Of a stretch of DNA of 49,125 nt, positions 20,577 to 30,809 are shown piece after piece; position 1 is the stretch's first letter; every line of letters starts with the position of its first letter. The notes beneath the pieces were generated by a model. The model was not told where the DNA came from and did no database searches. It worked only from the letters and a program-made list of their open reading frames with translations. Source of the DNA: Promethearchaeota archaeon (lineage in GTDB: Archaea > Asgardarchaeota > Lokiarchaeia > Sigyniarchaeales > SOKP01); the NCBI GenBank assembly GCA_019057795.1, contig JAHLWS010000041.1, positions 1-49,125 of the forward strand. The letters run 5' to 3'. The position numbers and the translations under genes were made by a program.

Positions 20577-22166
20577 ATGGCCTTAAAAAAAGATATTCTT
20601 AATCAATTTGAAGCTATCGTTGGTTCAGACAATGTAAATGACGGTGAAGTAATAACAAATGTATATGCTTATAATTGGTGCATGGAAATTTTTAATTTTA
20701 TGAATGGAAAAGAGCCCTCTCCTTTTTCTGACACTCCTAAAGCCGTGATTCTTCCAGCTAATACTGAAGAAGTACAAAAGATTGTGAAATTATGTAATAA
20801 GTATAGTATAACATTTAAAGCTCAAAGTACCGGGTTGGGTCCATGGAATCAGCCATCTACCGATAATAGTATAATAGTTGATCTCCGAAGAATGAATAAT
20901 ATTATTAAGATCGACGAAAAAAATCTTTATGCTGTAATTGAACCTTATGTAAGTGGAGCTCAATTGCAAACAGAAATAATGAAATACGGTTTAAATTGTC
21001 ATATGCCTGGAGCAGGACCACAGGTATCCCCTCTTGCTAGCGCTACTTCTATGAATGGACCCGGATTTACATCCCCCTCCACAGGTCATAGTGCAAGAAA
21101 TGTTTTAGCGGTTGAATGGGTACTCCCAACGGGAGATATATTACGATTAGGATCTTTAGGCTTAAAAAAAAATCCTGATTGGTATAATGGGGATGGCCCA
21201 GGTCCTAGTTTAAGAGGAATTATGCGTGGATGGGCTGGAGCAAAATCAGGAATTGGTATATTTACCCAAGTGGCAATAAAATTATTTCCATACCCTTGTA
21301 GTACAAAATTTAATGTGACAGGAAATTCTCCCAACTATAATTTTGACATTCCAGATTTCATGAGACTTTATATCATAGACTGCGGAAGTTTTAAATATTT
21401 GGAAAAAGTCTTTTTACGAGTGGAAGAAGAAGAAATCTCGTTTATTTGTAGTCATTTATCTGGGTTCGCTACCATGGCAATTTTTGCAAATTCAATTGAT
21501 AATCTCATGGACAAATCATCAATTGGCATCATGAAAGTTCCAATAATTATTTTAATAGCTGCTCGAACTAAACGTGAATTTGATTATAAGCAAAAAGTCT
21601 TGAAAATGCTAATAGAAGAATTAAAATTAACTAACATAATTGGAACGAAATATATTCCCGAACCGATTTTTTACGCAGAAGCCTTACGTTCTAACTTAGG
21701 GCTTCACGGATTCATAACAACGGGAGGTTTTCAGAGTACCAAAGGAGGATGTGATACCGCAGCAATGTGTCTTCGAAGCACAAAGTCAAATATACGTTTA
21801 AAGAAGAAATACATAAAAAAGGGAGTAATTGCAAATGACTTTGGGGAAGGTACATGGATGAGTTCTTATGAATCAGGACATTTTTTCCATATGGAATCGC
21901 CTACAATGTTTGATCAAACAAATAAGAATAGTGTTGAAGGAATGGCAGAATATATGGAAAAAAGCAATGAATTAGATTTGCTCAAACACCTTGGTGCTCC
22001 ATTCTTCGTGGAAGGGGATAAAAACCATGATCTTTTTGGACCATATATGATGAATTATCATATTTGGTTAAGAAAGATTAAAGAAGAATTTGATCCGAAT
22101 AATATTGCTGATTCAGGATTTTACATATCTCCAAATAAAAACGAATTAGAAAAGCGAGGAAAATAA
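20577..22166 (+). CDS. FAD-binding oxidoreductase (VAO/PCMH - GlcD superfamily)
   Basis: P.NTEEVQKIVKLCN, VDLRRMNNI, VLAVEWVLPTGDILRLGS, KEEFDPNN; abuts the Fe-S gene stop. Confidence 0.9.
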   Translation: MALKKDILNQFEAIVGSDNVNDGEVITNVYAYNWCMEIFNFMNGKEPSPFSDTPKAVILPANTEEVQKIVKLCNKYSITFKAQSTGLGPWNQPSTDNSIIVDLRRMNNIIKIDEKNLYAVIEPYVSGAQLQTEIMKYGLNCHMPGAGPQVSPLASATSMNGPGFTSPSTGHSARNVLAVEWVLPTGDILRLGSLGLKKNPDWYNGDGPGPSLRGIMRGWAGAKSGIGIFTQVAIKLFPYPCSTKFNVTGNSPNYNFDIPDFMRLYIIDCGSFKYLEKVFLRVEEEEISFICSHLSGFATMAIFANSIDNLMDKSSIGIMKVPIIILIAARTKREFDYKQKVLKMLIEELKLTNIIGTKYIPEPIFYAEALRSNLGLHGFITTGGFQSTKGGCDTAAMCLRSTKSNIRLKKKYIKKGVIANDFGEGTWMSSYESGHFFHMESPTMFDQTNKNSVEGMAEYMEKSNELDLLKHLGAPFFVEGDKNHDLFGPYMMNYHIWLRKIKEEFDPNNIADSGFYISPNKNELEKRGK

Positions 22167-22169
22167 AAT

Positions 22170-22574
22170 ATGAACGCTATAAATTTGGAGGAGAAAAAAA
22201 TAAGAGGTTTTGCAGGAATTATAGCAAAATCACTAGCTCCTTTAAACGAGAATGAGAAATTTAAAAAGAAATTTAGTGGAACAAATCTCCAATTCCTATT
22301 AAATGCTGTTAATGTAAATTTTGCAGCATTAATTATTATTGATTATGGCAAATTAAGAGTCGAAAGTATACCAAATAAGCCGAAAGAAAGTTTAAAAAAG
22401 AAAATAATTGGTTGGGACGCTTATTTAGAGATGGATACTCAGACATTTTTAGCGATATCCATGAAACGAATTACGATAATAGGCTTAGGAAAAAAAATTT
22501 TAACGCGAAAGGTGAAAATAAAAGGTATCAGAAAATTAATTATTTTGTTAAAAGTATTCTCATTGTTGAATTAA
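22170..22574 (+). CDS. SCP2 sterol/lipid-binding domain-like protein
   Basis: C-terminal DAYLEMDTQTFLAI...ILTRKVKIKG matches the SCP2 pattern. Confidence 0.6.
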   Translation: MNAINLEEKKIRGFAGIIAKSLAPLNENEKFKKKFSGTNLQFLLNAVNVNFAALIIIDYGKLRVESIPNKPKESLKKKIIGWDAYLEMDTQTFLAISMKRITIIGLGKKILTRKVKIKGIRKLIILLKVFSLLN

Positions 22575-22665
22575 GATAATTAATAAAAATATTCAACATT
22601 ATAAACTAAAATAGAAATAAATTGAATTTTTAATTGAAAAATGAGTAAATAATAAGGTTTTAAAT

Positions 22666-23646
22666 ATGGGAAAAAAATCAAATCCAACAACATTTCAAGG
22701 TTCATTGAAAAAAAAATTTTATTTTGAAGGGTGGTATAATAAGTTAGTTGATAGTACAGCAGAGCATATTTATGCTATTATCCCTACAATTGCGCTGAAT
22801 AAAAAAGAAAAAACTTCACACGCATTTATACAATATTTAGACGGCATTAAAGCAACAGCTGAATATTTTAAATATCCCTTAGAAGAGTTTGAAAATCTTT
22901 CCAGCAAGAAATATGAGATTCGTATAGGAAAAAATTACTTCTCACTTGACAGAATTCATATTGAAATAGACCAACAAGGTCATATTATTAAAGGGGATCT
23001 CGAATATATAAATCCTATTTCGTGGCCTAAAAAATTTTTACAACCAGGAGTTATGGGTTGGTTTTCATATATGCCATTTATGGAAACTTATCATGGTATT
23101 GTTAGTATGAACCACAACATTAGGGGTACTTTAGAAATTAATGGAGCCTCCGTAAATTTTGATGGAGGTAAAGGGTATATGGAAAAGGATTGGGGAAAAT
23201 CCTTTCCTAGCGCATGGATATGGACGCAATCAAATCATTTTTCAAACCCAAACCTTTCTTTTATGTTCTCAATAGCGATAATACCCTTTTTGGGAATGCA
23301 ATTTAATGGTTTTCTTACCGCTCTCTGGCACGAGGGGAAATTTTACAAATTTGCAACTTATACTAGAGCAAAAGTTCGCTCAATAGAAATCGAAGTAGAT
23401 TCTATCCAAATTCAAATAGAAGATAAAAAGAATAGACTTGAATTTAAAATTTTCAAAAAAGGTAGTGATTTTGGTAATTTGAAAGCCCCTTCGTCAGGAG
23501 AAATGTTAGGTCATATTGCAGAGAGCATTAATTCTAAAATTGAATTAAAATTGTATAATAAAAAGGATAACCAATTAATTATTGACGATATAGGGGTAAA
23601 TGCGGGGTTAGAAATAAAGGATCCTGAGAAATTAGTTCCAAAATAG
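22666..23646 (+). CDS. Tocopherol cyclase-family protein
   Basis: YFEGWYNK, PGVMGWFSYMPFMETYHG, GYMEKDWGKSFPSAWIWTQSNHF. Confidence 0.88.
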   Translation: MGKKSNPTTFQGSLKKKFYFEGWYNKLVDSTAEHIYAIIPTIALNKKEKTSHAFIQYLDGIKATAEYFKYPLEEFENLSSKKYEIRIGKNYFSLDRIHIEIDQQGHIIKGDLEYINPISWPKKFLQPGVMGWFSYMPFMETYHGIVSMNHNIRGTLEINGASVNFDGGKGYMEKDWGKSFPSAWIWTQSNHFSNPNLSFMFSIAIIPFLGMQFNGFLTALWHEGKFYKFATYTRAKVRSIEIEVDSIQIQIEDKKNRLEFKIFKKGSDFGNLKAPSSGEMLGHIAESINSKIELKLYNKKDNQLIIDDIGVNAGLEIKDPEKLVPK

Positions 23647-23648
23647 AG

Positions 23649-24362
23649 TTAATTTTCTGGCTTTTTCTCTTCTAAAGATTTTTTAGAGAATAATCTCTTC
23701 TTTAATGTTACCATCGCTGTATCTTCGTCATATTCTAGTACACCAATCTTAGCTAATTCATGAACGGCTCTTAAAACCATAGCACCCGCAATCCCGGTGG
23801 TATTCTTGATTTGTTCACGCGACATTTTTTCCTTGTCACCGTGGAGCGTCAATAAAATTCTGTAGTGTGGTTGGCCTGACCATATTTCTTCAATAAGTAA
23901 CATCGTAATTGATAATAAAGCTTTAATTCTTCCAAAATCAAATTCCGCATCTTGACTTTCTTCTGCTATTTTCGCAAATTTTCTCAATTCTACTTTTAAG
24001 CTAGCGTATTCTTTTAATAATCTATGTTGTTCTTCCGATAGTGAACCTATTTTCTGATCTCTTTCTTGTTTTTCTTTTTCAAGCTGTTTAGTTGCTTCTT
24101 CCAGTTTTTTCTTTTCACTTTCTAAGTTAGTTTTTTCAAGTTCTAATTGTTTTTTATCGCCCTCTAACATTTTCGTAGCTTCTTCTAATTGATCTTTTTC
24201 TCCTTCAAGCAATTCTTTTTCCCGGCTAAGCTCTTCTTTATCCTTTTCTAAAACAATTAGCTCGTTTTTGGCAGTTTCTAAAACTTCTATAACTTTTTTA
24301 AAGCTTTCGGAAACAGAGCGAAGAGTGCCATCAATTATGTCTAAGGTTTTTTTTTCTGACAT
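23649..24362 (-). CDS. Coiled-coil protein with C-terminal winged-helix domain
   Basis: Heptad run LEKDKEE-LSREKEL-LEGEKDQ-LEEATKM-LEGDKKQ...; C-terminal MSREQIKNTTGIAGAMVLRAVHELAKIGVLEYD. Confidence 0.75.
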   Translation of the reverse strand: MSEKKTLDIIDGTLRSVSESFKKVIEVLETAKNELIVLEKDKEELSREKELLEGEKDQLEEATKMLEGDKKQLELEKTNLESEKKKLEEATKQLEKEKQERDQKIGSLSEEQHRLLKEYASLKVELRKFAKIAEESQDAEFDFGRIKALLSITMLLIEEIWSGQPHYRILLTLHGDKEKMSREQIKNTTGIAGAMVLRAVHELAKIGVLEYDEDTAMVTLKKRLFSKKSLEEKKPEN

Positions 24363-24505
24363 TAGAAATCACAATATATGTTTTTTAATTAATAAATATA
24401 AATTTAATTAAAATATATAATTTAAACATAAAATAAATTAAAACAATAACAAATTTGATTAACATTTGTATTTCTGAAATTAAATAAAATACTGGAACTT
24501 CTAAA

Positions 24506-26242
24506 ATGAGTATTATTGACAAGGAAGATGCCCAATTTTTTAAGAAAATAATGATTTTAATCGTTTTATTGGTGATCTCTCTTTCCTATTTAGTTTATGA
24601 TAAATCGATAAGTTACTCTCGTTACGAAAAGATCGAATACCAATCTTCTGGAGCTACTCTTTATGCGAATCTATATTACCCCGCAAAAAATTTAGGATTT
24701 CAAGAGCAAAGACCTTTAATTATTTATTGTCATGGAATAGGAAGTCAACGAGATTTTGATCTAAGAATTCCAATCGAATTCACTAAAAGGGGTTTTTATA
24801 TAGTAGCTTTAGATTATCAAGGCCATGGTGAAAGCGGGGGTAATATTATAAATATTGATCCAACTACAAATATACCGGCTTTAGCCCAAGATTGCTCTAA
24901 ACTACTGGATAAACTTGAAACATTACCTTTTTATTCAAATGTCAATACTTCTCAGATTGGTTTGATAGGGCATTCTTTAGGAGGGATGGTTGTACTTATG
25001 AATCAAGCGTTAGACCCACGCTTTAACATTACAGTTGCTTGGGCTCCTTTAGTAAATTTTGATCCTCAACAATTAGGTATCGTAAATACTAATAATTACG
25101 ATCCGTATATACCGGTAAACCTATTGAATAAAACCAACACAAACAATTTATTAATTATAATGCATGTGGATGATGAGGCACTAGATTTTACTAGTCAAGC
25201 ATTAGTAGCTCAAGATATAACAGATTGTACGGTAATTCCTATAACAGAACCTTTGATAGGTGGTGGACACCAATTATTTTCCAATTTGGTTTTAATCGAG
25301 TCAATTAAATGGTTCGAAAATTATTTCTTTAAATCTGAAACTATAAACGGACCAATAAATATTACTTTTCTTGTAAACTACGTTGTCCTTTTTGTCACTT
25401 TATTATTATTAGTTTTAATTGTTCTTTCTTTGATATCTTACACTTCAAAATTTTTCAGGGATAAGGAAGATATTATACAAAAAAATTCTGTAAAAAACGA
25501 TGTTCCCATATCAAAAATTAAGGTTAAGGCTAAAAAATTAAAGCAAATTTTAAAAATAATATTCTATACTACAATTTTTCTGGTTAATTGGGAGTTTTTT
25601 GAAAGATTATTTGGTTTTGGGGGTATTTTTTTAGCTTCGCTCAATATATCCATTATTTATTTTACAGTTAAATTAATTTATTATCTAAAAGATTTAAAAG
25701 AAAAAAGAGTAAAATTTGATATACATCAATTTAAAGAGTTAATTAAATCTGAATTTCAATTAAAATATTTTATCTATGTTATTTTTAGTAATGTTTATTT
25801 TATAGTAATATATTTAATATTAAGCTTTTCTTACCCCTTTGCTTTTATGTGGCCTTCCAATTTCTTAAACTTTTTTCTAGCGGCATGGATAGCATTTCCA
25901 ATATATTTCTCTATGGAAATTTTATATAGAAAAGTTATATATCCCCAGTTAAATTTCTTAAAAGATGAGCGAAAAAAATCTCTTTGGATAATTCTTATTG
26001 CAATTTACGTTCAAATCAATTTAATGACATTAACATGGACTTGGGCATTCTTTCCTTCAGTTATGTTTATGTATCTCATATTTTTATACGCGATAATTCA
26101 AAATACATTAATTTATGAAAATACTAAACGATTTAGTACCGTGATATTAAGCTCGTTTGACATAATACAGCTTTTCTTCGCTGCAGTAATTTCAAACGCC
26201 ATAGGAATTGGTGCAGCACTCCATTTATTCGTAAATATATAA
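24506..26242 (+). CDS. Membrane-anchored alpha/beta hydrolase
   Basis: HGIG, DYQGHGESGG, GHSLGG nucleophile motif, GGH; N-terminal anchor and multi-TM C-terminal half. Confidence 0.88.
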   Translation: MSIIDKEDAQFFKKIMILIVLLVISLSYLVYDKSISYSRYEKIEYQSSGATLYANLYYPAKNLGFQEQRPLIIYCHGIGSQRDFDLRIPIEFTKRGFYIVALDYQGHGESGGNIINIDPTTNIPALAQDCSKLLDKLETLPFYSNVNTSQIGLIGHSLGGMVVLMNQALDPRFNITVAWAPLVNFDPQQLGIVNTNNYDPYIPVNLLNKTNTNNLLIIMHVDDEALDFTSQALVAQDITDCTVIPITEPLIGGGHQLFSNLVLIESIKWFENYFFKSETINGPINITFLVNYVVLFVTLLLLVLIVLSLISYTSKFFRDKEDIIQKNSVKNDVPISKIKVKAKKLKQILKIIFYTTIFLVNWEFFERLFGFGGIFLASLNISIIYFTVKLIYYLKDLKEKRVKFDIHQFKELIKSEFQLKYFIYVIFSNVYFIVIYLILSFSYPFAFMWPSNFLNFFLAAWIAFPIYFSMEILYRKVIYPQLNFLKDERKKSLWIILIAIYVQINLMTLTWTWAFFPSVMFMYLIFLYAIIQNTLIYENTKRFSTVILSSFDIIQLFFAAVISNAIGIGAALHLFVNI

Positions 26243-26286
26243 CTTATATTTTCTTTTAGTTTCAGATTCAAAATCTTTAATTAAGA

Positions 26287-26302
26287 ACTAGTAATTACTA
26301 GT
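26287..26302. promoter_or_regulatory. Perfect 16-bp palindrome, candidate operator of the MFS gene
   Basis: ACTAGTAATTACTAGT immediately after a TTTAATTAA TATA-like box. Confidence 0.4.
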
Positions 26303-26400
26303 AATACTAATTTTAAAAAATTATTTTTATCTTCATCTTAAGGTGAATAAATCTGGCTACAAATGACCAAACAACTAGTAAATCTATAAAAAAACGAAGA

Positions 26401-27597
26401 ATGATATTTGGAGTTTCAATTCCAGTATTTTTGATGGGATTAGTATCATTGTTTACAGATATTTCTAGCGAAAGTATTCAAAGCATATTACCTTTATTTA
26501 TTTTTGAAATTGGAGGAAGTGTGCTAATTTTAGGGCTAATTTCAGGAATTACAAATGCTATTGCGAACATTTTAAAGGGAATCACCGGCTGGATGAGTGA
26601 TAAAATAAACAAAAGAAAACCTTTTATTGTAGCTGGCTATTCCTTATCGAACCTTTCAAAACCATTAATAGGGTTGAGCCCTTCATGGGAAATGGTCTTA
26701 GGGTTAAAAGCAACAGATCGGGTAGGTAAAGGGTTGAGAACATCTTCGAGAGACACTCTTATTTCTTTTTACGCTACTAAAAAAGGAAAGGCATTTGGAT
26801 TGCATCGTGCTATGGATACATTAGGAGCGGTTCTTGGCTCATTACTTGCATTTCTATTATTGCTTTACGCGTGGAGCTTTTCACAAATAATATTTTTCTC
26901 AATAATTCCTGGATTAATTGCAATTGCCCTAATTCTTCCAGTTAAAGATGTTTCTCCAGAGGAGTTAGATAAAAAACTTGGAAAAAAAATTAGAAAAGAA
27001 AAGAGTGAAAAGATTGATAAAAATTTTATAAAATTAATCGTTATTCTTGGAGTTATTGAATTTGCCAGTTTAGATGTCGTATTTTTAATTATTAGAGCAA
27101 TAGATTATATTCCTTCCAATTTAATTTACCTTATACCCGTTTTTTATCTTATTTTGAACGTAGTTTATACAATTTTTTCTCCAATAAATGGCTCCTTGTC
27201 CGATAAAATTGGCCGAAAACCGATCATCGTGATCGGATTATCGATATTACTACTATCTTGCGTGATTTTAGCTTTTCCTATTGAAGTCTCTCTTTTTTCA
27301 ATAGTTTTAATTATTGTAATTTACATCATGCACGGTTTTTACCTAGCCTCTGTGGATCCAATCTCAAGAGCATTTATAGCTGACCTAGCAGGTGAAGAAA
27401 AAAGAGGACGAGCCTATGGATATTATTATTTGTCAGTCGGATTTATAAGTATGGTGGAAGCTTTAGTTTTTGGATATATATATAGCGTGTTTTCGTATAC
27501 TTGGGCGTTTATTTATATATCAATTTTATTAGTTGTATGTATTATTATTTTTACGATTACTGACTTTTCTAAAATCATAAAAAAAAGTGAAGCCTAA
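26401..27597 (+). CDS. MFS transporter
   Basis: TDISSE, GWMSDKINKRKP, DRVGKGLRT, GKAFGLHRAMDTLGA, LSDKIGRKP; possible in-frame CTG start at 26353. Confidence 0.93.
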   Translation: MIFGVSIPVFLMGLVSLFTDISSESIQSILPLFIFEIGGSVLILGLISGITNAIANILKGITGWMSDKINKRKPFIVAGYSLSNLSKPLIGLSPSWEMVLGLKATDRVGKGLRTSSRDTLISFYATKKGKAFGLHRAMDTLGAVLGSLLAFLLLLYAWSFSQIIFFSIIPGLIAIALILPVKDVSPEELDKKLGKKIRKEKSEKIDKNFIKLIVILGVIEFASLDVVFLIIRAIDYIPSNLIYLIPVFYLILNVVYTIFSPINGSLSDKIGRKPIIVIGLSILLLSCVILAFPIEVSLFSIVLIIVIYIMHGFYLASVDPISRAFIADLAGEEKRGRAYGYYYLSVGFISMVEALVFGYIYSVFSYTWAFIYISILLVVCIIIFTITDFSKIIKKSEA

Positions 27598-27622
27598 GAA
27601 ATTGACGAGTTTTTAAATAGAA

Positions 27623-28879
27623 TTAAGAATCAGCCCACAATTGCCCTAAATGAATAATAACTTCTGCAGCTTTTTGTAACGCCAAAGAGGGAATGTGCTC
27701 TTTTCTAGAATGAAATAAAAGACCCCCAGAAAAAATATTTGGTGTTGGAATTCCCATTTCGCTTAGTTTAGAACCATCGGTACCCCCTCTAATAGCTTCA
27801 ATTTTTACATCTAACCCTGCCATTTTAATAGCTTCTTTTGCTAAGTCTACGACTCTCATTTTCTTTTCAATAAATTTTAACATATTTTTGTACTGGTGTT
27901 CAAATTTTAGCTCAATTTTTAAGCCAGGATATCGAAATTCATAGATCTCTTTCAATTTTTGAAGGAATTCCATCCTTTTTTTATTATTTTTTTCATTATG
28001 ATCTCTGATTATTATTTTGGTTTTAGCTTCTTCTTCTGTTCCTCTCAAGTCTCCCATATGATAAAATCCTTCTCGTTCTTCCGTGTGTTCTGGTGATTCA
28101 TGTTCCGGGATTTCACTAAGAAACCGGCATGCTATGTGTATTGCGTTTACCATTAGATTTTTAGCGTAGCCTGGATGCACACTAAGCCCTGTAAAAGTTA
28201 TGTACGCCTTCCATGCGTCAAAACATTCAAATTCCAATTGCCCCATCTCTGATCCATCCATGGTGTAACAGAATTCGGGTAACCTTTTTTTATCAATTTT
28301 TAGCGTTCCTTTTCCTATTTCCTCATCGGGTGTAAAACATACAGTAATAGGTCCGTGTTTTAGTTCTGGAAAACTTTTCCAAGCGGCGCAAGCGGCCATA
28401 ATTTCTGCGATTCCAGCTTTATCGTCGGCACCTAATAATGTATCACCTTCTGAAGTAATGATATCTAAACCAATATATTCCTTCAAAAATGGAGAATCTT
28501 CAACTGTAAGCTCAATTTCCTTATTGCTTACGAATTTTATCGACCTACCATCGTAATTTTTATGGACAACGGGTTTAACGTTTTTCCCGCTCACTGCTGC
28601 TGAAGTATCCATATGGGCTATTAATCCAATTGCTTTAACTTTTTCTAACCCATTACTTGCTGGTAAGTCAGCGTAAACATATCCATACTCGTCATGCATT
28701 ATATTTTCTAGATTTAATTCTTTCAATTCAGCAACTAATACTTTACCTAAATCAAATTGATTTTTAGTTGAAGGATTAGATTGGGAATCTTCGTCGGATG
28801 TAGTCCATATTTGAACATATCTGAAAAATCTATCCATTGCTTCTTTTAGTAAAAATTCTTTTATTTCTTCTGATAACAA
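27623..28879 (-). CDS. pepT: Peptidase T (M20B tripeptide aminopeptidase)
   Basis: AHMDT, LLGADDKAG, FTPDEEIG, IRGGTDG, PTPNIFSGG..FHS..E. Confidence 0.96.
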   Translation of the reverse strand: MLSEEIKEFLLKEAMDRFFRYVQIWTTSDEDSQSNPSTKNQFDLGKVLVAELKELNLENIMHDEYGYVYADLPASNGLEKVKAIGLIAHMDTSAAVSGKNVKPVVHKNYDGRSIKFVSNKEIELTVEDSPFLKEYIGLDIITSEGDTLLGADDKAGIAEIMAACAAWKSFPELKHGPITVCFTPDEEIGKGTLKIDKKRLPEFCYTMDGSEMGQLEFECFDAWKAYITFTGLSVHPGYAKNLMVNAIHIACRFLSEIPEHESPEHTEEREGFYHMGDLRGTEEEAKTKIIIRDHNEKNNKKRMEFLQKLKEIYEFRYPGLKIELKFEHQYKNMLKFIEKKMRVVDLAKEAIKMAGLDVKIEAIRGGTDGSKLSEMGIPTPNIFSGGLLFHSRKEHIPSLALQKAAEVIIHLGQLWADS

Positions 28880-28942
28880 AATAATCCCATTTAATTAAGT
28901 AAGATTAATAGAATAAGAGTTAAAATATTAAAATTTATTTAA

Positions 28943-29740
28943 TCATTTCCCTTTAAATTTTGGTTCTCGATTTTCCTGAAACGATTTCATTCCTTCTCCA
29001 AAATCGTATGTTGCGATGTTTTTACAGTATAATTTAAATTCGTGTTTTAACGAGGGAAATAACTCGTTATATTGAGAATAGTTAAGCATAGTCTTGTTAT
29101 AACCTAAGCATCTAGTGGGTAGTTTGGCTATAGATTGGATAAATTCCTTAGATTTTTTGCTAAATTCTGATAATGAAAAGACTTTATTCACTAAACCAAT
29201 CGCTAGTGCTTCCTTGGCATCAAGTTGACGTCCCGTTAAAATTATATCTGTTGCTCGTGCGAACCCTACTATTCTCGGAAGAAGCCAACTTGCTCCGCTC
29301 ATAACGCAATGAGCCCGATTAACGCGATGATCTCCAATCTTCAGATTATCTCCTGCTAAACGAAAATCACAGGCGAGTGCTAGTTCCAATCCAGCACCTA
29401 AACAATAACCTCGAAGTAACGCAATAAACGGTTTTTGAATTTCTCTTATTAATCGAATAACTCTCTGATGTGGAAGTTTTGACCCGTCAGCTAATGGCTT
29501 AAACCTTGGCCCTTCGGGACCCATACTCTTTAAATCGTCACCGGAGCTGAAGGATTGCTCATTACCTTCAATAATAAAAGCACGGATTATTTTGTTTTTA
29601 GAATTTAATTCTAAAATATCAATGATTTCCATTAATAGGGGATAGTTCAAAGCGTTTAGTCGTTTCGGGCGATTTAAAGTAATTACTCCGACATTATCCT
29701 CGATTTTAAATATTATGTGCTTGAAATCTTTTTGAACCAT
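28943..29740 (-). CDS. Enoyl-CoA hydratase/isomerase family protein
   Basis: ITLNRPKRLNAL, FSSGDDL, GYCLGAGLELALACDFR, ENREPKFKG. Confidence 0.92.
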   Translation of the reverse strand: MVQKDFKHIIFKIEDNVGVITLNRPKRLNALNYPLLMEIIDILELNSKNKIIRAFIIEGNEQSFSSGDDLKSMGPEGPRFKPLADGSKLPHQRVIRLIREIQKPFIALLRGYCLGAGLELALACDFRLAGDNLKIGDHRVNRAHCVMSGASWLLPRIVGFARATDIILTGRQLDAKEALAIGLVNKVFSLSEFSKKSKEFIQSIAKLPTRCLGYNKTMLNYSQYNELFPSLKHEFKLYCKNIATYDFGEGMKSFQENREPKFKGK

Positions 29741-29869
29741 TATAATCGTCTTATTAAAATACCATTTAAAATTAAAATTTGTTATTATTTTTATTAATTT
29801 ACGATCCTTAATTACATATCATTATAAAAATGCTGAAAGTCTCAAAAAAAGAAAAGAAAAAATAAGAAA

Positions 29870-30544
29870 TTACCAAATCGCGAATTTTTCATCAATTTTT
29901 AATCCAAAAACAACTAAATAAGGTATTAATAAATCCCATACACTCGTTTCTGCATTAATAACGATCACTCCAATAATTATCGCTGCCCAACCGGATATAT
30001 CAGGTAACCACATAAAGCTTAAATCAACAAATGCTAACATGTCTGCAAACAATGTTATGAACAATAAATAATTGAATAACATCATAATACCTATTCTTAA
30101 GATTATTCCAAATATTCCGTATACAATGTAATTTCTAAGATTTTTTATTTTTTGTATGTTTCTAGCTCTTTCTTTTGTTTTATATAATTTTAAAAACATA
30201 ATAGGGACTATGATAAGGGCAACTGTTGCCGATAATTTCATCAAAGGGCCAATTGGTGCAAACGGATCAAATGGCATTAAACCAAATGTTCCAAGAACGC
30301 AACAAAGTAATCCAGATCTTGCCCCAAATATTAAAAAACACATTACCCATATTATTGACACCGGATCTATAATAGCAATCCCCCATACCGGAATTCTCGG
30401 AACAATTGGTGTTACAAATGCCGCGAACACTATAGAAAGAGCTCCAAATAAGGCAGCGCCGGCTATTTGTAAGACTAATTGAGATGATTTAGACATCTGC
30501 GTTTCTCTTTCTTCAGATATTTGTTCTTCTGTTTTGTCAACCAT
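29870..30544 (-). CDS. ECF transporter S-component-like membrane protein
   Basis: IAGAALFGALS..IDPVSI..FGARSGL..GPLMK; about 6 TM segments. Confidence 0.65.
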   Translation of the reverse strand: MVDKTEEQISEERETQMSKSSQLVLQIAGAALFGALSIVFAAFVTPIVPRIPVWGIAIIDPVSIIWVMCFLIFGARSGLLCCVLGTFGLMPFDPFAPIGPLMKLSATVALIIVPIMFLKLYKTKERARNIQKIKNLRNYIVYGIFGIILRIGIMMLFNYLLFITLFADMLAFVDLSFMWLPDISGWAAIIIGVIVINAETSVWDLLIPYLVVFGLKIDEKFAIW

Positions 30545-30809
30545 TTTAATTCAATTTATTAAATTATTATTTGTTATGAATTGAAATTTACTCTCAATTA
30601 AAAGAGTTATTTAATGACTTATTCGTTAAATTTATGGATTTAATTAAAAATGAGCTTAATTTTATTTAGTTTTTATTGGAAAATATTTTAATAGATTTCC
30701 GAAAATGGTATTCAAACTTCCATATTAGCTATATATTATCTCTAACATCTGTTTAAATGAATATTTTCTCTACCCAAAAAAGAGTAGATAATTTTCATTC
30801 CAAGATTAT

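Noticed and set aside
30545-30809. Possible riboswitch upstream of the ECF S-component
   Set aside because: Very AT-rich, with no recognisable TPP, FMN or cobalamin consensus.
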